In this document: piece after piece, positions 56,068-64,000 of the stretch
How the letters are laid out: each line of letters opens with the position of its first letter
How positions within the stretch are numbered: the stretch's first letter is position 1
Assembly: GCA_009694195.1 (NCBI GenBank)
Contig: SHVQ01000012.1
Location: 591-64,590, forward strand
Reading direction: 5' to 3'
DNA: 64,000 nucleotides
Source: Rhodospirillales bacterium
Lineage (GTDB): Bacteria; Pseudomonadota; Alphaproteobacteria; Rhodospirillales; SHVQ01
Notes under the pieces: model-generated
What the model was told of the DNA's origin: nothing
The model's input: only the letters and a program-made list of their open reading frames with translations
The model's database searches: none
Translations under genes and position numbers: made by a program

Positions 56068-57450
56068 TCAGAAGTCGGGGGGCTGGATGCCGCTCCGTTC
56101 GAGCTCGTTCGCGAGCGTCTTCTTGAGCCGCAGCAATCCCTCCTGCGTCCGCGACTCGCAGCGGGCAACCAGGACGGCCTGGGTGTTGGAGGCGCGCAGC
56201 AGCCACCATCCGTCGGAATTCTCCACGCGGACTCCGTCGATGTCGCGAACCGTGATGCCCTTCGCGCCTTTGAGACGCTCTTTGACCTCTTCGATGACCT
56301 TGAATTTCCGCTCTTCCGGGCAGTCGATCCGCAATTCCGGCGTGTTGCAGAACTGCGGCAGCCGGTCTCGGCGCTCGGCGAGGCTCATGTCCGACGAGGC
56401 GAGGATCGCGAGCAGGCGCACGGCGGCGTAGAGCGCGTCGTCATAGCCGTAATAGCCGTCGGCGAAGAAGATGTGCGCGCTCATCTCGCCCGCGAGCAAG
56501 GCGCCCGTCTCGTGCATGGCGTTCTTGATCAGCGAATGGCCGGTGCGGCCCATCACGGGCTTGCCGCCCATCCGCGCAATTTCGTCGAAGAACACCTGAC
56601 TTGCCTTGACGTCGGCGATGATGGTGGCGCCGGGATGGCGCTTCAGAACCTCTTCGGCGAGGATGACCAGAACCTGATCGCCCCAGAGCACGCGGCCCTT
56701 CCCGTCGAGAACGCCGATGCGATCGCCGTCGCCGTCGAAGGCGATGCCGACGTCGCAGCGGTTCTCGATCACCGCCGCCCGCAGCTGTTCCAGGTTCTTC
56801 TCGACCGTGGGGTCCGGGTGGTGGTTCGGAAATGTTCCGTCGATCTCCGCATTAATTAGGATGTGCTCGCCCGGCAGGCGGCGTGTGAGCATCGCGAGCG
56901 CCTCGCCGGTTGCGCCGTTGCCGGCATCCCACGCCACGCGCAGGCGCTTCTCCCCTTTGAAGTCGCGCGCAACGCGCGCGACATATTCTTCGATGACCGC
57001 CTTGCAGACGGCTTCCCCGCTGCCCGCCGCGAACTCGCCCGCGGCCGCGATCCGGCCCAGGCGCTGAATATCCGGACCCCAGAACGGCCGGCCCTTCTTG
57101 ACCATCTTGATGCCGTTGTAATCGGGTGGATTGTGCGAGCCCGTGATCATCAGGCCGCCGTCCGCGGCAAGCGTGTGGGCCGCGTAATAGAGCATCGGCG
57201 TCGGGCCGCGCCCCACCCGGACAACCGAGATGCCGCAGGCGCAGAGGCCGCCGACCAGCGCCTTTTCCAGATCGGGCGACGAGAGACGCCCGTCGAACCC
57301 GACGGCCGCCGTGCGGCCGCCGTCGCCAGCCACGAGCGTGCCGAAGGCGCGCCCGATCGCGCGCAGGTCCTTGGTCGTCAGCGTCTTCCCGACGATCCCG
57401 CGGATGTCGTATTCACGAAGAATGGTCGGATCGAGGGTAACCCGCTCCAT
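56068..57450 (-). CDS. phosphomannomutase/phosphoglucomutase
   Basis: REYDIRG, active-site ITGSHNPPDYNG, Mg loop FDGDGDR, GEMSAH. Confidence 0.92.
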   Translation of the reverse strand: MERVTLDPTILREYDIRGIVGKTLTTKDLRAIGRAFGTLVAGDGGRTAAVGFDGRLSSPDLEKALVGGLCACGISVVRVGRGPTPMLYYAAHTLAADGGLMITGSHNPPDYNGIKMVKKGRPFWGPDIQRLGRIAAAGEFAAGSGEAVCKAVIEEYVARVARDFKGEKRLRVAWDAGNGATGEALAMLTRRLPGEHILINAEIDGTFPNHHPDPTVEKNLEQLRAAVIENRCDVGIAFDGDGDRIGVLDGKGRVLWGDQVLVILAEEVLKRHPGATIIADVKASQVFFDEIARMGGKPVMGRTGHSLIKNAMHETGALLAGEMSAHIFFADGYYGYDDALYAAVRLLAILASSDMSLAERRDRLPQFCNTPELRIDCPEERKFKVIEEVKERLKGAKGITVRDIDGVRVENSDGWWLLRASNTQAVLVARCESRTQEGLLRLKKTLANELERSGIQPPDF

Positions 57451-57466
57451 GCGTGGCCCTTAATTA

Positions 57467-58795
57467 TTATTGCTTGCGGTTTCGTGCCGGCCGAGGCCTG
57501 CCTATGGAAACGTAATGAAAGCCGGCGGCCGACACGTCCTCGGGACTGTAGATGTTGCGGAGGTCCACCATCACCGGGGTTTTGAGCAGCGACCGCACGC
57601 GCCGGAGATCGAGCGCGCGGAACTCGTTCCATTCGGTGATGATGACGAGCGCGTCCGCATCCTTCATGGCTCCGTAGGCGTCGTCGCACCACGTCACGTC
57701 CTTGAGGAGGCGCGCCGCTTCCTTCATGCCTTCGGGGTCGTAAGCGCGGACCGTGGCGCCCGCGGCTTGCAGGGCCGGGAGGATATCGAGGCTCGGCGCG
57801 TCCCGCATGTCGTCGGTGTTGGGCTTGAACGTGACGCCGAGGACGGCAATCGCCTTGCCCTCGACCGAGCCGCCGCACGCGCGGATCACGCGCTCCGCCA
57901 TGCCCTGTTTCCGCCGGTTGTTGACCTCGACCACCGTCTCGACGATGCGAAGCGGCTGTTTCGCCTCCTGCGCCGTCCGCACCAAGGCGAGCGAATCCTT
58001 GGGGAAGCAGGACCCGCCGAAGCCCGGGCCCGCGTGCAGGAACTTCCGCCCGATGCGCCCGTCCAAGCCGATCCCCCTGGCCACGTCCTGGACGTCGGCG
58101 CCGACGGCCTCGCAGAGATCGGCGATCTCGTTGATGAACGTGATCTTGGTCGCGAGGAACGCATTCGCCGCGTACTTGATGAGCTCGGCGGTCTCGCGCG
58201 TCGTGAACAGGATCGGCGTCTCGATCAGATAAAGCGGGCGGTAGAGCTGGCGCATCACCGCGCGGGCAGGCTCGCTGCCGGTTCCGATCACCACGCGGTC
58301 GGGGCGCATGAAATCCTGGATCGCCGAGCCCTCGCGGAGAAATTCCGGATTGGAGACGACGTCGATCTTGGCGTCGGGCCGGACCTGGTGGAGCACGCGC
58401 TCGACTTCCGTGCCCGTCCCGACCGGCACGGTCGATTTCGTCACCACCACCGTGTAGCCGTTGACGTATTGAGCGATCTCGCGCGCGGCATCGAAGACGT
58501 ACGTGAGGTCCGCGTGGCCGTCGCCGCGCCGGCTCGGTGTTCCGACCGCGATGAAAACGGCGTCGGCGCCGCTGACCGCCGCGCGGGTGTCCGTCGTGAA
58601 GGAGAGCCGCCCGGCTTTGACGTTTTCCCCCACCAGGTCCTTCAGGCCCGGCTCGTAGATCGGCATCTCGCCCCTCTCGAGGGCGGCGATCTTGGTGCCG
58701 TCCTTGTCGACGCACACGACGTCGACGCCGAACTCGGAAAAGCACGCCCCCGAGACGAGGCCCACATACCCGGTGCCGATCACTGCGACGCGCAT
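57467..58795 (-). CDS. ugd: UDP-glucose 6-dehydrogenase
   Basis: MRVAVIGTGYVGLVSGACF, GFGGSCFPKD. Confidence 0.93.
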   Translation of the reverse strand: MRVAVIGTGYVGLVSGACFSEFGVDVVCVDKDGTKIAALERGEMPIYEPGLKDLVGENVKAGRLSFTTDTRAAVSGADAVFIAVGTPSRRGDGHADLTYVFDAAREIAQYVNGYTVVVTKSTVPVGTGTEVERVLHQVRPDAKIDVVSNPEFLREGSAIQDFMRPDRVVIGTGSEPARAVMRQLYRPLYLIETPILFTTRETAELIKYAANAFLATKITFINEIADLCEAVGADVQDVARGIGLDGRIGRKFLHAGPGFGGSCFPKDSLALVRTAQEAKQPLRIVETVVEVNNRRKQGMAERVIRACGGSVEGKAIAVLGVTFKPNTDDMRDAPSLDILPALQAAGATVRAYDPEGMKEAARLLKDVTWCDDAYGAMKDADALVIITEWNEFRALDLRRVRSLLKTPVMVDLRNIYSPEDVSAAGFHYVSIGRPRPARNRKQ

Positions 58796-58796
58796 G

Positions 58797-59666
58797 TCAC
58801 GTGTATCTCTTCAGCATCGCCAGAACGTCTTCGCGCATGTCCGGCCGCGCGAGAGAAAAGGCGAGGTTGGCTTCGATGAAGCCCGCCTTGCTGCCGCAGT
58901 CGAACCGCCGGCCCTTGAAGCGGAATCCGTGAAAGGGAATGCTTCCGATGGTTTTCGCCATGGCATCGGTGAGCTGAATCTCGTTGCCGGCGCCGCGCTC
59001 CTGGCGGTCGAGGTGCCGGAACACATCCGGTTGCAAGATGTAACGCCCGATGATGGAGAGCGTCGACGGCGCCTTCTCGGGCGCGGGTTTCTCGACCAGG
59101 CCCTTCGCGCGAGCCAGGCGCCCGTCGTCTTCCACCACGTCGAGGATGCCGTAGCGGCTGGTCTGGCTTCGCGGCACGTCCTCGACGGCGACGACGTTGC
59201 CGCCGATCGTCTCGTAGACGTCCATCATCTGCTTCAAGCATCCGGGCTCCGCCAGGATGAGATCGTCGGGCAGGAGGACGGCAAACGGCTCGTCGCCGAT
59301 GAACGCGCGGCCGCACCACACCGCGTGGCCGAGACCGAGCGGCTCCTGCTGGCGCGTGTACGAGAGCTTGCCGGGGGAAAGATTGCAGTCGAGCACGGCT
59401 TTCAGCTCGGCGGTCTTGCCGCGCTCGGTCAGAACCCGCTCAAGCTCGACGGAATGATCGAAGTGATCCTCCAGAACGACCTTGCCCCGCCCGGTCACAA
59501 ACACGAACTCTTCGATCCCCGCGGCGCGCGCCTCCTCGACCGCATATTGGACGAGCGGCTTGTCGACGACCGGCAGCATTTCCTTCGGAAGGGTTTTGGT
59601 CGCCGGGAGGAACCGTGTGCCCAGTCCGGCCACGGGAAAGACGGCTTTCCTTACGCGCTGTGCCAT
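58797..59666 (-). CDS. galU: UTP-glucose-1-phosphate uridylyltransferase
   Basis: Start at MAQRVRKAVFPVAGLGTRFLPATKTLPKEMLPVVDKP (ATG 59666). Stop lies 1 nt from the ugd start. Confidence 0.92.
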   Translation of the reverse strand: MAQRVRKAVFPVAGLGTRFLPATKTLPKEMLPVVDKPLVQYAVEEARAAGIEEFVFVTGRGKVVLEDHFDHSVELERVLTERGKTAELKAVLDCNLSPGKLSYTRQQEPLGLGHAVWCGRAFIGDEPFAVLLPDDLILAEPGCLKQMMDVYETIGGNVVAVEDVPRSQTSRYGILDVVEDDGRLARAKGLVEKPAPEKAPSTLSIIGRYILQPDVFRHLDRQERGAGNEIQLTDAMAKTIGSIPFHGFRFKGRRFDCGSKAGFIEANLAFSLARPDMREDVLAMLKRYT

Positions 59667-59804
59667 CAGGTCTCCAGGCCTCGCTTGACCCGCCGTCTCG
59701 GATCGCCGGCCATTCTCGGCTGGGGGGGGGTTATTGCCACAGCGGCCCGCCGGCTGCAACTAGGGAATACCCGGGTGGACAGGCCTGAAACGCACCAAGA
59801 GACG

Positions 59805-61316
59805 TCATGGTTGCCGTGCCCGTTTCAAGCCCTCGCGCAGGCGGTCGTCCTTCCAACGAACCATAGCGCGTTTCGCGTCGTCGCAGAGCTTGTAATAAGG
59901 GGTTTGCTCGACGGCTCCCGGCTCCAGGCCGACCGTCTGGCCCGTCGCGATCTCCTGCATGGTGGCCTCGCACTCGAACCGGAGCCGCTTTTGCCGTTCC
60001 TCTTCCGTATTCGGGCCCCGCCGGTGCCAGAGCGTGAGGTACTCCGTTATTTCCTGCACTTCCTTCCGGAGCGTGGCGGCCGCGGGAGCGTTTGCCTGGC
60101 CCCCGCGCTCGGAGGCGTCGAGATCGGCCTTTTTGCGCGGCAGCGCCTGTTCGAAGCGGAGCGCTGTCCGGTCCTGGCTCGCGTGCGTGCCCTCGTGGAC
60201 GAGCGTCAGCAGCACGTCCGCGAGAAAGCTCCACTTCATCTCGCGGCGGATGAAAATCACGCGGTGACCCTCGCGGCTCACGCGCCGATCGTAGTATCCA
60301 AGCGTGCTGTCGGCGGGCCCGACCGAGGTCATTCGCTTGGATTTCGGGCTGTAGCGGACTTCGTCGATGATCTCCACGTGCCGCCGGGTATCGGCCGGCA
60401 ACTGGTCAGCCATATCGATCGCCTTCGCCACGAGATCGAAGAAAGGCTTGTTGTCGATGTCCGGATAGGGGCTTCCGAGGAGGCGCTTGCCTTTGTACGT
60501 GCGAAGATAGGGGTCGAGAAGCTGGGCTGCCGGCATCTGCCGGTAGACCTCGCGGGCGGCCTCCAGCAACAGCACTTGGGCGGGGACCTCGGGCGTATCG
60601 TCGAGCAGGTTGCCGATCGTGAGCTGGATCTCCTTTCCGACCCGCTCGTGTTTCCAGCCGAGATAGCGGTCGTAAAGGTCCCCCGGCACGACCTCATAGA
60701 CCGCGATCTCCTGGAGGTAGAGGCGGGCGGGGGGAAACCGGCGCACCGCCGCCGCGATCACCTTGGGGAAGCGCTCGGCCACCTGCTGACGCAGGGTTTC
60801 GTTGAGCGCGCTGTTCACGCGGACGAGGGCGCTCCCGAGGCGAAGGGTATGGGTGTCGATCCAGGTCGGCGTTCCCTCCAGCACATCGCGGCAATCCCCG
60901 GGAGTCGCGGTCCAGGCACGGGCCGCCTCCACACCCTCTTTCACCGCATCCTCGCCGAGGCTGCCGCGGAGCCCGGCCACCAGAGCGGCGCCGCGCGCAT
61001 CGTGCCCGGCCGCCGCGAGAACGGCCCAGCGCAACGCCTCCTTTTGGTTCTTCGCGAGGCCGCCCTGCCCGCCCGCGTGCATGTCGGCGATCCGCGCCTG
61101 GGCAGGGGAAAACCCGAGCCCGGCCAGCGGCTCCCAGTGCCGCCGCGCGTCGTCGAATTTCTGGGCTTCATAGCTCGCGTAGCCGGCGTTATAAGCCGCC
61201 GTCATCGCCGCGATGGAGCACGTGCCGGCGCCGCCCGAGCCGGGCCCGAAGGCGGCAACGGCGGCGCTTATCGCAAGGGCGACGCGGACGCCGCGCCCGG
61301 GCATCAATGGGGTCAT
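59805..61316 (-). CDS. hypothetical secreted protein: Sel1-like repeats plus a C-terminal HExxH domain (putative zinc metallopeptidase)
   Basis: Start at ATG 61316 (MTPLMPGRGVRVALAISAAVAAFG, signal-like). Sel1-like AQARIADMHAGGQGGLAKNQKEALRWAVLAAAGHDARGA. LTLVHEGTHASQD contains HExxH. The remainder is not recognisable to me. Confidence 0.6.
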   Translation of the reverse strand: MTPLMPGRGVRVALAISAAVAAFGPGSGGAGTCSIAAMTAAYNAGYASYEAQKFDDARRHWEPLAGLGFSPAQARIADMHAGGQGGLAKNQKEALRWAVLAAAGHDARGAALVAGLRGSLGEDAVKEGVEAARAWTATPGDCRDVLEGTPTWIDTHTLRLGSALVRVNSALNETLRQQVAERFPKVIAAAVRRFPPARLYLQEIAVYEVVPGDLYDRYLGWKHERVGKEIQLTIGNLLDDTPEVPAQVLLLEAAREVYRQMPAAQLLDPYLRTYKGKRLLGSPYPDIDNKPFFDLVAKAIDMADQLPADTRRHVEIIDEVRYSPKSKRMTSVGPADSTLGYYDRRVSREGHRVIFIRREMKWSFLADVLLTLVHEGTHASQDRTALRFEQALPRKKADLDASERGGQANAPAAATLRKEVQEITEYLTLWHRRGPNTEEERQKRLRFECEATMQEIATGQTVGLEPGAVEQTPYYKLCDDAKRAMVRWKDDRLREGLKRARQP

Positions 61317-61339
61317 CGGCGCTATTCTTAGGGAACAGT

Positions 61340-62077
61340 TCACCGGCCACCCAGCAAAACGTCTTTGGCCTGGTTGATCTTGGCGGCAAGGTAGGTGGAG
61401 CCGCCGACGTCCGGATGGAGGTTGCTGATCAGGCGCCGGTGGGCGTCCTTGATCTGGTCGGTGGTGGCTCCGGGCTCGAGACCGAGGACGGCGAGCGCCT
61501 CCTCGCGCGACATTCCGCCAGGCGCGCTTCTCGACGCGCCGCCGGAAGGGTCGGCTTCTTCCGCCGGCCGCCCACGCCAGCCCTCGTGCGCGCGGTCGAG
61601 GTAGGACTCCAGCACCTGCGCCGATGCGTCGTCCTCCCGCCGGCACGTCCGCAGAAGATCGAGCAGCGCCTCCAGCGAAAGCCCGTCGAGAGAACGCCCG
61701 GCGTGCGCGCCTTCGCGCACCTCGCCGGTCATGCGGCCGGTATCGTGATCGAGCGTCATATTGATGAAGCGCGTCTCGACGGCCGACGTCTGGCCCGTCG
61801 TTCCGCCGCCCATCCGCTGCCGCATCCGCTGGAAGTTCTTCGCCATGCGCTGGGCATGGCGGAATTGAATCAGCCACGGCATCACGGCCGGCAGCAGCAT
61901 CAACGCCCAGCCGAGGCGTCCGGTCACCGTGAGATAAACCGCGAAGAGAGCGGCCCCGCCGATCGCGGTCCACCGGACGGCCAGCACGAGGGCCTTGGGC
62001 TCGACACTGACGAACAGGCGGATGATGCCGAGAATGGCGACGAGGAGCCCAACCCCGAGGATGAGATAGGGCAGCAC
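61340..62077 (-). CDS. membrane-anchored J-domain protein
   Basis: Three N-terminal hydrophobic helices. C-terminal J-domain (EEALAVLGLEPGATTDQIKDAHRRLISNLHPDVGGSTYLAAKINQAKDVL) with the HPD tripeptide. Confidence 0.8.
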   Translation of the reverse strand: MLPYLILGVGLLVAILGIIRLFVSVEPKALVLAVRWTAIGGAALFAVYLTVTGRLGWALMLLPAVMPWLIQFRHAQRMAKNFQRMRQRMGGGTTGQTSAVETRFINMTLDHDTGRMTGEVREGAHAGRSLDGLSLEALLDLLRTCRREDDASAQVLESYLDRAHEGWRGRPAEEADPSGGASRSAPGGMSREEALAVLGLEPGATTDQIKDAHRRLISNLHPDVGGSTYLAAKINQAKDVLLGGR

Positions 62078-62078
62078 C

Positions 62079-62792
62079 TCAGCCGCCCTTCATCTGATGC
62101 GCGATCAGGAGAATTTCCCCGCCCTGCTTCCGGGCGAAATTCTCCAGCGCCGGACGGCCACCGGCGGCGTAGACGGCAACCGCGCTGAGCAGACTCTTGA
62201 GAACGTCCGGGCTATTGGCGTCGAAGCGGCAGTAGGCGCCGCCCGATAGTCGGGCGACCTGTTGGAACGCGAAGGCGGCCGCCGGGTCGGTCCCTTCGTG
62301 GAACATGAAGACGGGAACGCCGAGAAGCCCGAGCTCGCCCGCGAGCGCGCCCAGCCGGTCGACGTCTTCCTCGACGCAGTCGCCGACGAGCACGACCGCG
62401 TTGACCTTCTGCTGCTTCGTCTCGTTCTCCGCGTGGGAGAGCACCTTGCCGATCTGCGTGTGGCCGGCGAGACAGAAGACCGACGTCATCAGCCGCAAAA
62501 GGTCCTCGGCCGAGGCCGTCCACTTGCTCACCCGGAATTCGCCGAAGCCCCGGTAGAACGCGAGCTGGATCTCGAGGCCGCCGAGCGCGGCGGTAGCGGT
62601 GAACATCTCGGCCTGAATCTCGGCCGCCTGGTCCCACGAGGGCTGCCGGCTCGCCGTCGCGTCCATGGCGAACAACAGGCGCCCGCGCTGGCCCGCCGCC
62701 CTGTTGACGGGCGCCGCCGCGACCTTGCGCAGGAAGGCGTCCACGTCCTGCTTGGTCGATGCCGCGCGCGGGAGCTTTTTATCGGCCGTCAT
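62079..62792 (-). CDS. cytoplasmic VWA-domain protein
   Basis: MIDAS-like FAMDATASRQPSW, further VWA strands (VVLVGDCVEED, VPVFMFHEG), and no signal peptide. Stop lies 1 nt from the J-protein start. Confidence 0.75.
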   Translation of the reverse strand: MTADKKLPRAASTKQDVDAFLRKVAAAPVNRAAGQRGRLLFAMDATASRQPSWDQAAEIQAEMFTATAALGGLEIQLAFYRGFGEFRVSKWTASAEDLLRLMTSVFCLAGHTQIGKVLSHAENETKQQKVNAVVLVGDCVEEDVDRLGALAGELGLLGVPVFMFHEGTDPAAAFAFQQVARLSGGAYCRFDANSPDVLKSLLSAVAVYAAGGRPALENFARKQGGEILLIAHQMKGG

Positions 62793-62842
62793 GGCCTTTC
62801 AAATAGGCTCGCACGGCGCCGGGCGCCATGGCCGCCCACGCA

Positions 62843-63670
62843 TCATGTCCCTTGAGAGGCGCCGATCGAAGCCACGAGGGCGTGGACCTCCTGGCGGGCG
62901 GCAAGATGGGAGAGGCTGAGCCCCTTCCCGTCGGCGGCGTCCTTGAGATCGAGAATGGTGACCCCGATCGGGAACAGCTCGCGGTAGATCACCCGCTCGG
63001 TGAACCCGGGGACCACCCGGAAGCCCACGCGCGCGGCCAAGTCGCGGAGCGCGAGATCGACGTCCCGCGTGTTACGGGACGCGAGCGAGCTCACCCGGTT
63101 CCGAAGGATGATCCACTCGAGGGTGCCGCCGTCGCGCTCGCGCCGCTTCTGTTTCTGCTCGATCACCATCTGCGTGTAGTGGCTCGGGCCCATGACCTGC
63201 ATTCGCTGGCCGTCCACGTGGGCGAGCACGTCGAGATCGATGAAGCTGTCGTTGAGCGGCGTGACCAGGGTGTCCGCATAGGAATGAGCGAGCCGGCTCA
63301 GCACATGATCGGACCCCGGCGTATCCACGATCACCACGTCGTGGTTGACGCGGGCGCCCTCCAGAAGGAGCACGAGCCGGTCGCTTGCCTGCTTCACGCC
63401 CTTCGGATCGGTCAGGTCGCTTGTCACCTCGCCCCCGTAGTGGTCGGGCATAAGGACATCCTTGCCGACCGCGCGCGTATACAGCCGGCGGTTGGCGACG
63501 TAGCGCGTGAGCGTCGCCTGGCGCGTATCGAGATCGACCGTCGCGACCTTGCGCCCCGATTGGAGAAATCCGACGGCGAGGTGCATGGCAACCGTCGATT
63601 TGCCGCTGCCTCCCTTCTCGTTCCCCACGACGACGACGTGGCCCGGATGGGTCACCACGGCGGCAAGCAC
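62843..63670 (-). CDS. mipZ: ParA-like division-site positioning ATPase MipZ
   Basis: VVVVGNEKGGSGKSTVAMHL deviant Walker A, IVDTPGSD, WIILRNRVSS, VIYRELFPIGVTILDL, LAARQEVHALV. These closely parallel Caulobacter MipZ as I remember it. Confidence 0.85.
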   Translation of the reverse strand: MLAAVVTHPGHVVVVGNEKGGSGKSTVAMHLAVGFLQSGRKVATVDLDTRQATLTRYVANRRLYTRAVGKDVLMPDHYGGEVTSDLTDPKGVKQASDRLVLLLEGARVNHDVVIVDTPGSDHVLSRLAHSYADTLVTPLNDSFIDLDVLAHVDGQRMQVMGPSHYTQMVIEQKQKRRERDGGTLEWIILRNRVSSLASRNTRDVDLALRDLAARVGFRVVPGFTERVIYRELFPIGVTILDLKDAADGKGLSLSHLAARQEVHALVASIGASQGT

Positions 63671-63703
63671 TCCTCCTTGTGGTTCGTTGGCGCTTTGCCC
63701 CCC

Positions 63704-64000
63704 TCAGGCGGGAGGCGACCAGAGCGCCTCCACCAGATTACGCACCTCCTGGCGGGCCGCAAGGTCGGACATGCGGAGCCCGTCCGGCCCCATCCCGTTC
63801 AGGTCGAGGATGGTCAATCCTTTCGGGAAAAGCTCGCGGTAGATGACCCGCTCGCCGAAGCCGGGGACGACGCGGAACCCGATTCGCTTGGAAAGCTCGG
63901 CGAGCAGCCTTGCAATTTCCCGCTTGGAGCGCGAATCGAGGCTGCTCAGCCGGTTGCGCATGACCACCCAGTCGATCGGCTTTCCCCCGGCCGCCGCCCG
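63704..64000 (-). CDS. second MipZ-like ParA ATPase (C-terminal part only; the gene continues beyond the window)
   Basis: The frame is open to the window edge: ...GKPIDWVVMRNRLSSLDSRSKREIARLLAELSKRIGFRVVPGFGERVIYRELFPKGLTILDL...LAARQEVRNLV. Roughly 55-60% identical to the C-terminus of the adjacent mipZ by eye. Confidence 0.8.
   Translation of the reverse strand, partial: RAAAGGKPIDWVVMRNRLSSLDSRSKREIARLLAELSKRIGFRVVPGFGERVIYRELFPKGLTILDLNGMGPDGLRMSDLAARQEVRNLVEALWSPPA

Noticed and set aside
58692-61331. 879-aa ORF on the plus strand
   Set aside because: Antisense to ugd, galU and the Sel1/HExxH gene. No motifs.
1-64000. Looked for CRISPR arrays, tRNA/rRNA/tmRNA genes, transposases, integrases, phage genes, toxin-antitoxin pairs and known defence-system genes
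   Set aside because: None recognised by eye. The only regular repeats are the REP/MITE-like palindromes, which are not spaced like a CRISPR array. tRNAscan, Infernal and a defence-system finder would be needed to confirm absence.

Overview
High-GC (~65%) chromosomal segment that looks alphaproteobacterial: MipZ, Bpt and Aat, long-form B12-dependent NrdJ, NDUFA12-like and DUF2155 genes, and a pdxJ-acpS-lepB-rnc-era block. I call about 70 CDS, almost all core or housekeeping. I found no rRNA, tRNA, CRISPR array, transposase or recognisable defence system by eye. Intergenic spaces carry two families of palindromic REP/MITE-like elements, some nested in each other and some running into ORF ends. 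The long ORFs antisense to real genes (up to 1005 aa) are high-GC artefacts. Points worth follow-up, roughly in order of interest: (1) a tightly packed VWA / membrane J-protein / secreted Sel1-HExxH gene trio downstream of two tandem MipZ paralogs; (2) a BBOX-like dioxygenase translationally coupled to a PhnZ/TmpB-type HD-domain oxygenase, next to a dimethylglycine-dehydrogenase-type gene, suggesting phosphonate C-P cleavage feeding one-carbon catabolism; (3) a mirror-image pair of ECF-type promoter motifs between a cupredoxin gene and an ECF sigma/anti-sigma operon; (4) a 56-aa Flp pilin ORF absent from the ORF track, lying in frame with and separated by a single TGA from a motB whose conserved N-terminus has no start codon; (5) smaller items: a frameshifted CBS gene, a ThiS-ThiG fusion, candidate NrdR and PhaR operators, a signal-less cobalamin-binding-type protein after nrdJ, an internally duplicated Cys-rich secreted protein, and homopolymer tracts. 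All functional calls come from reading the translated sequences and motifs; no database search was run.
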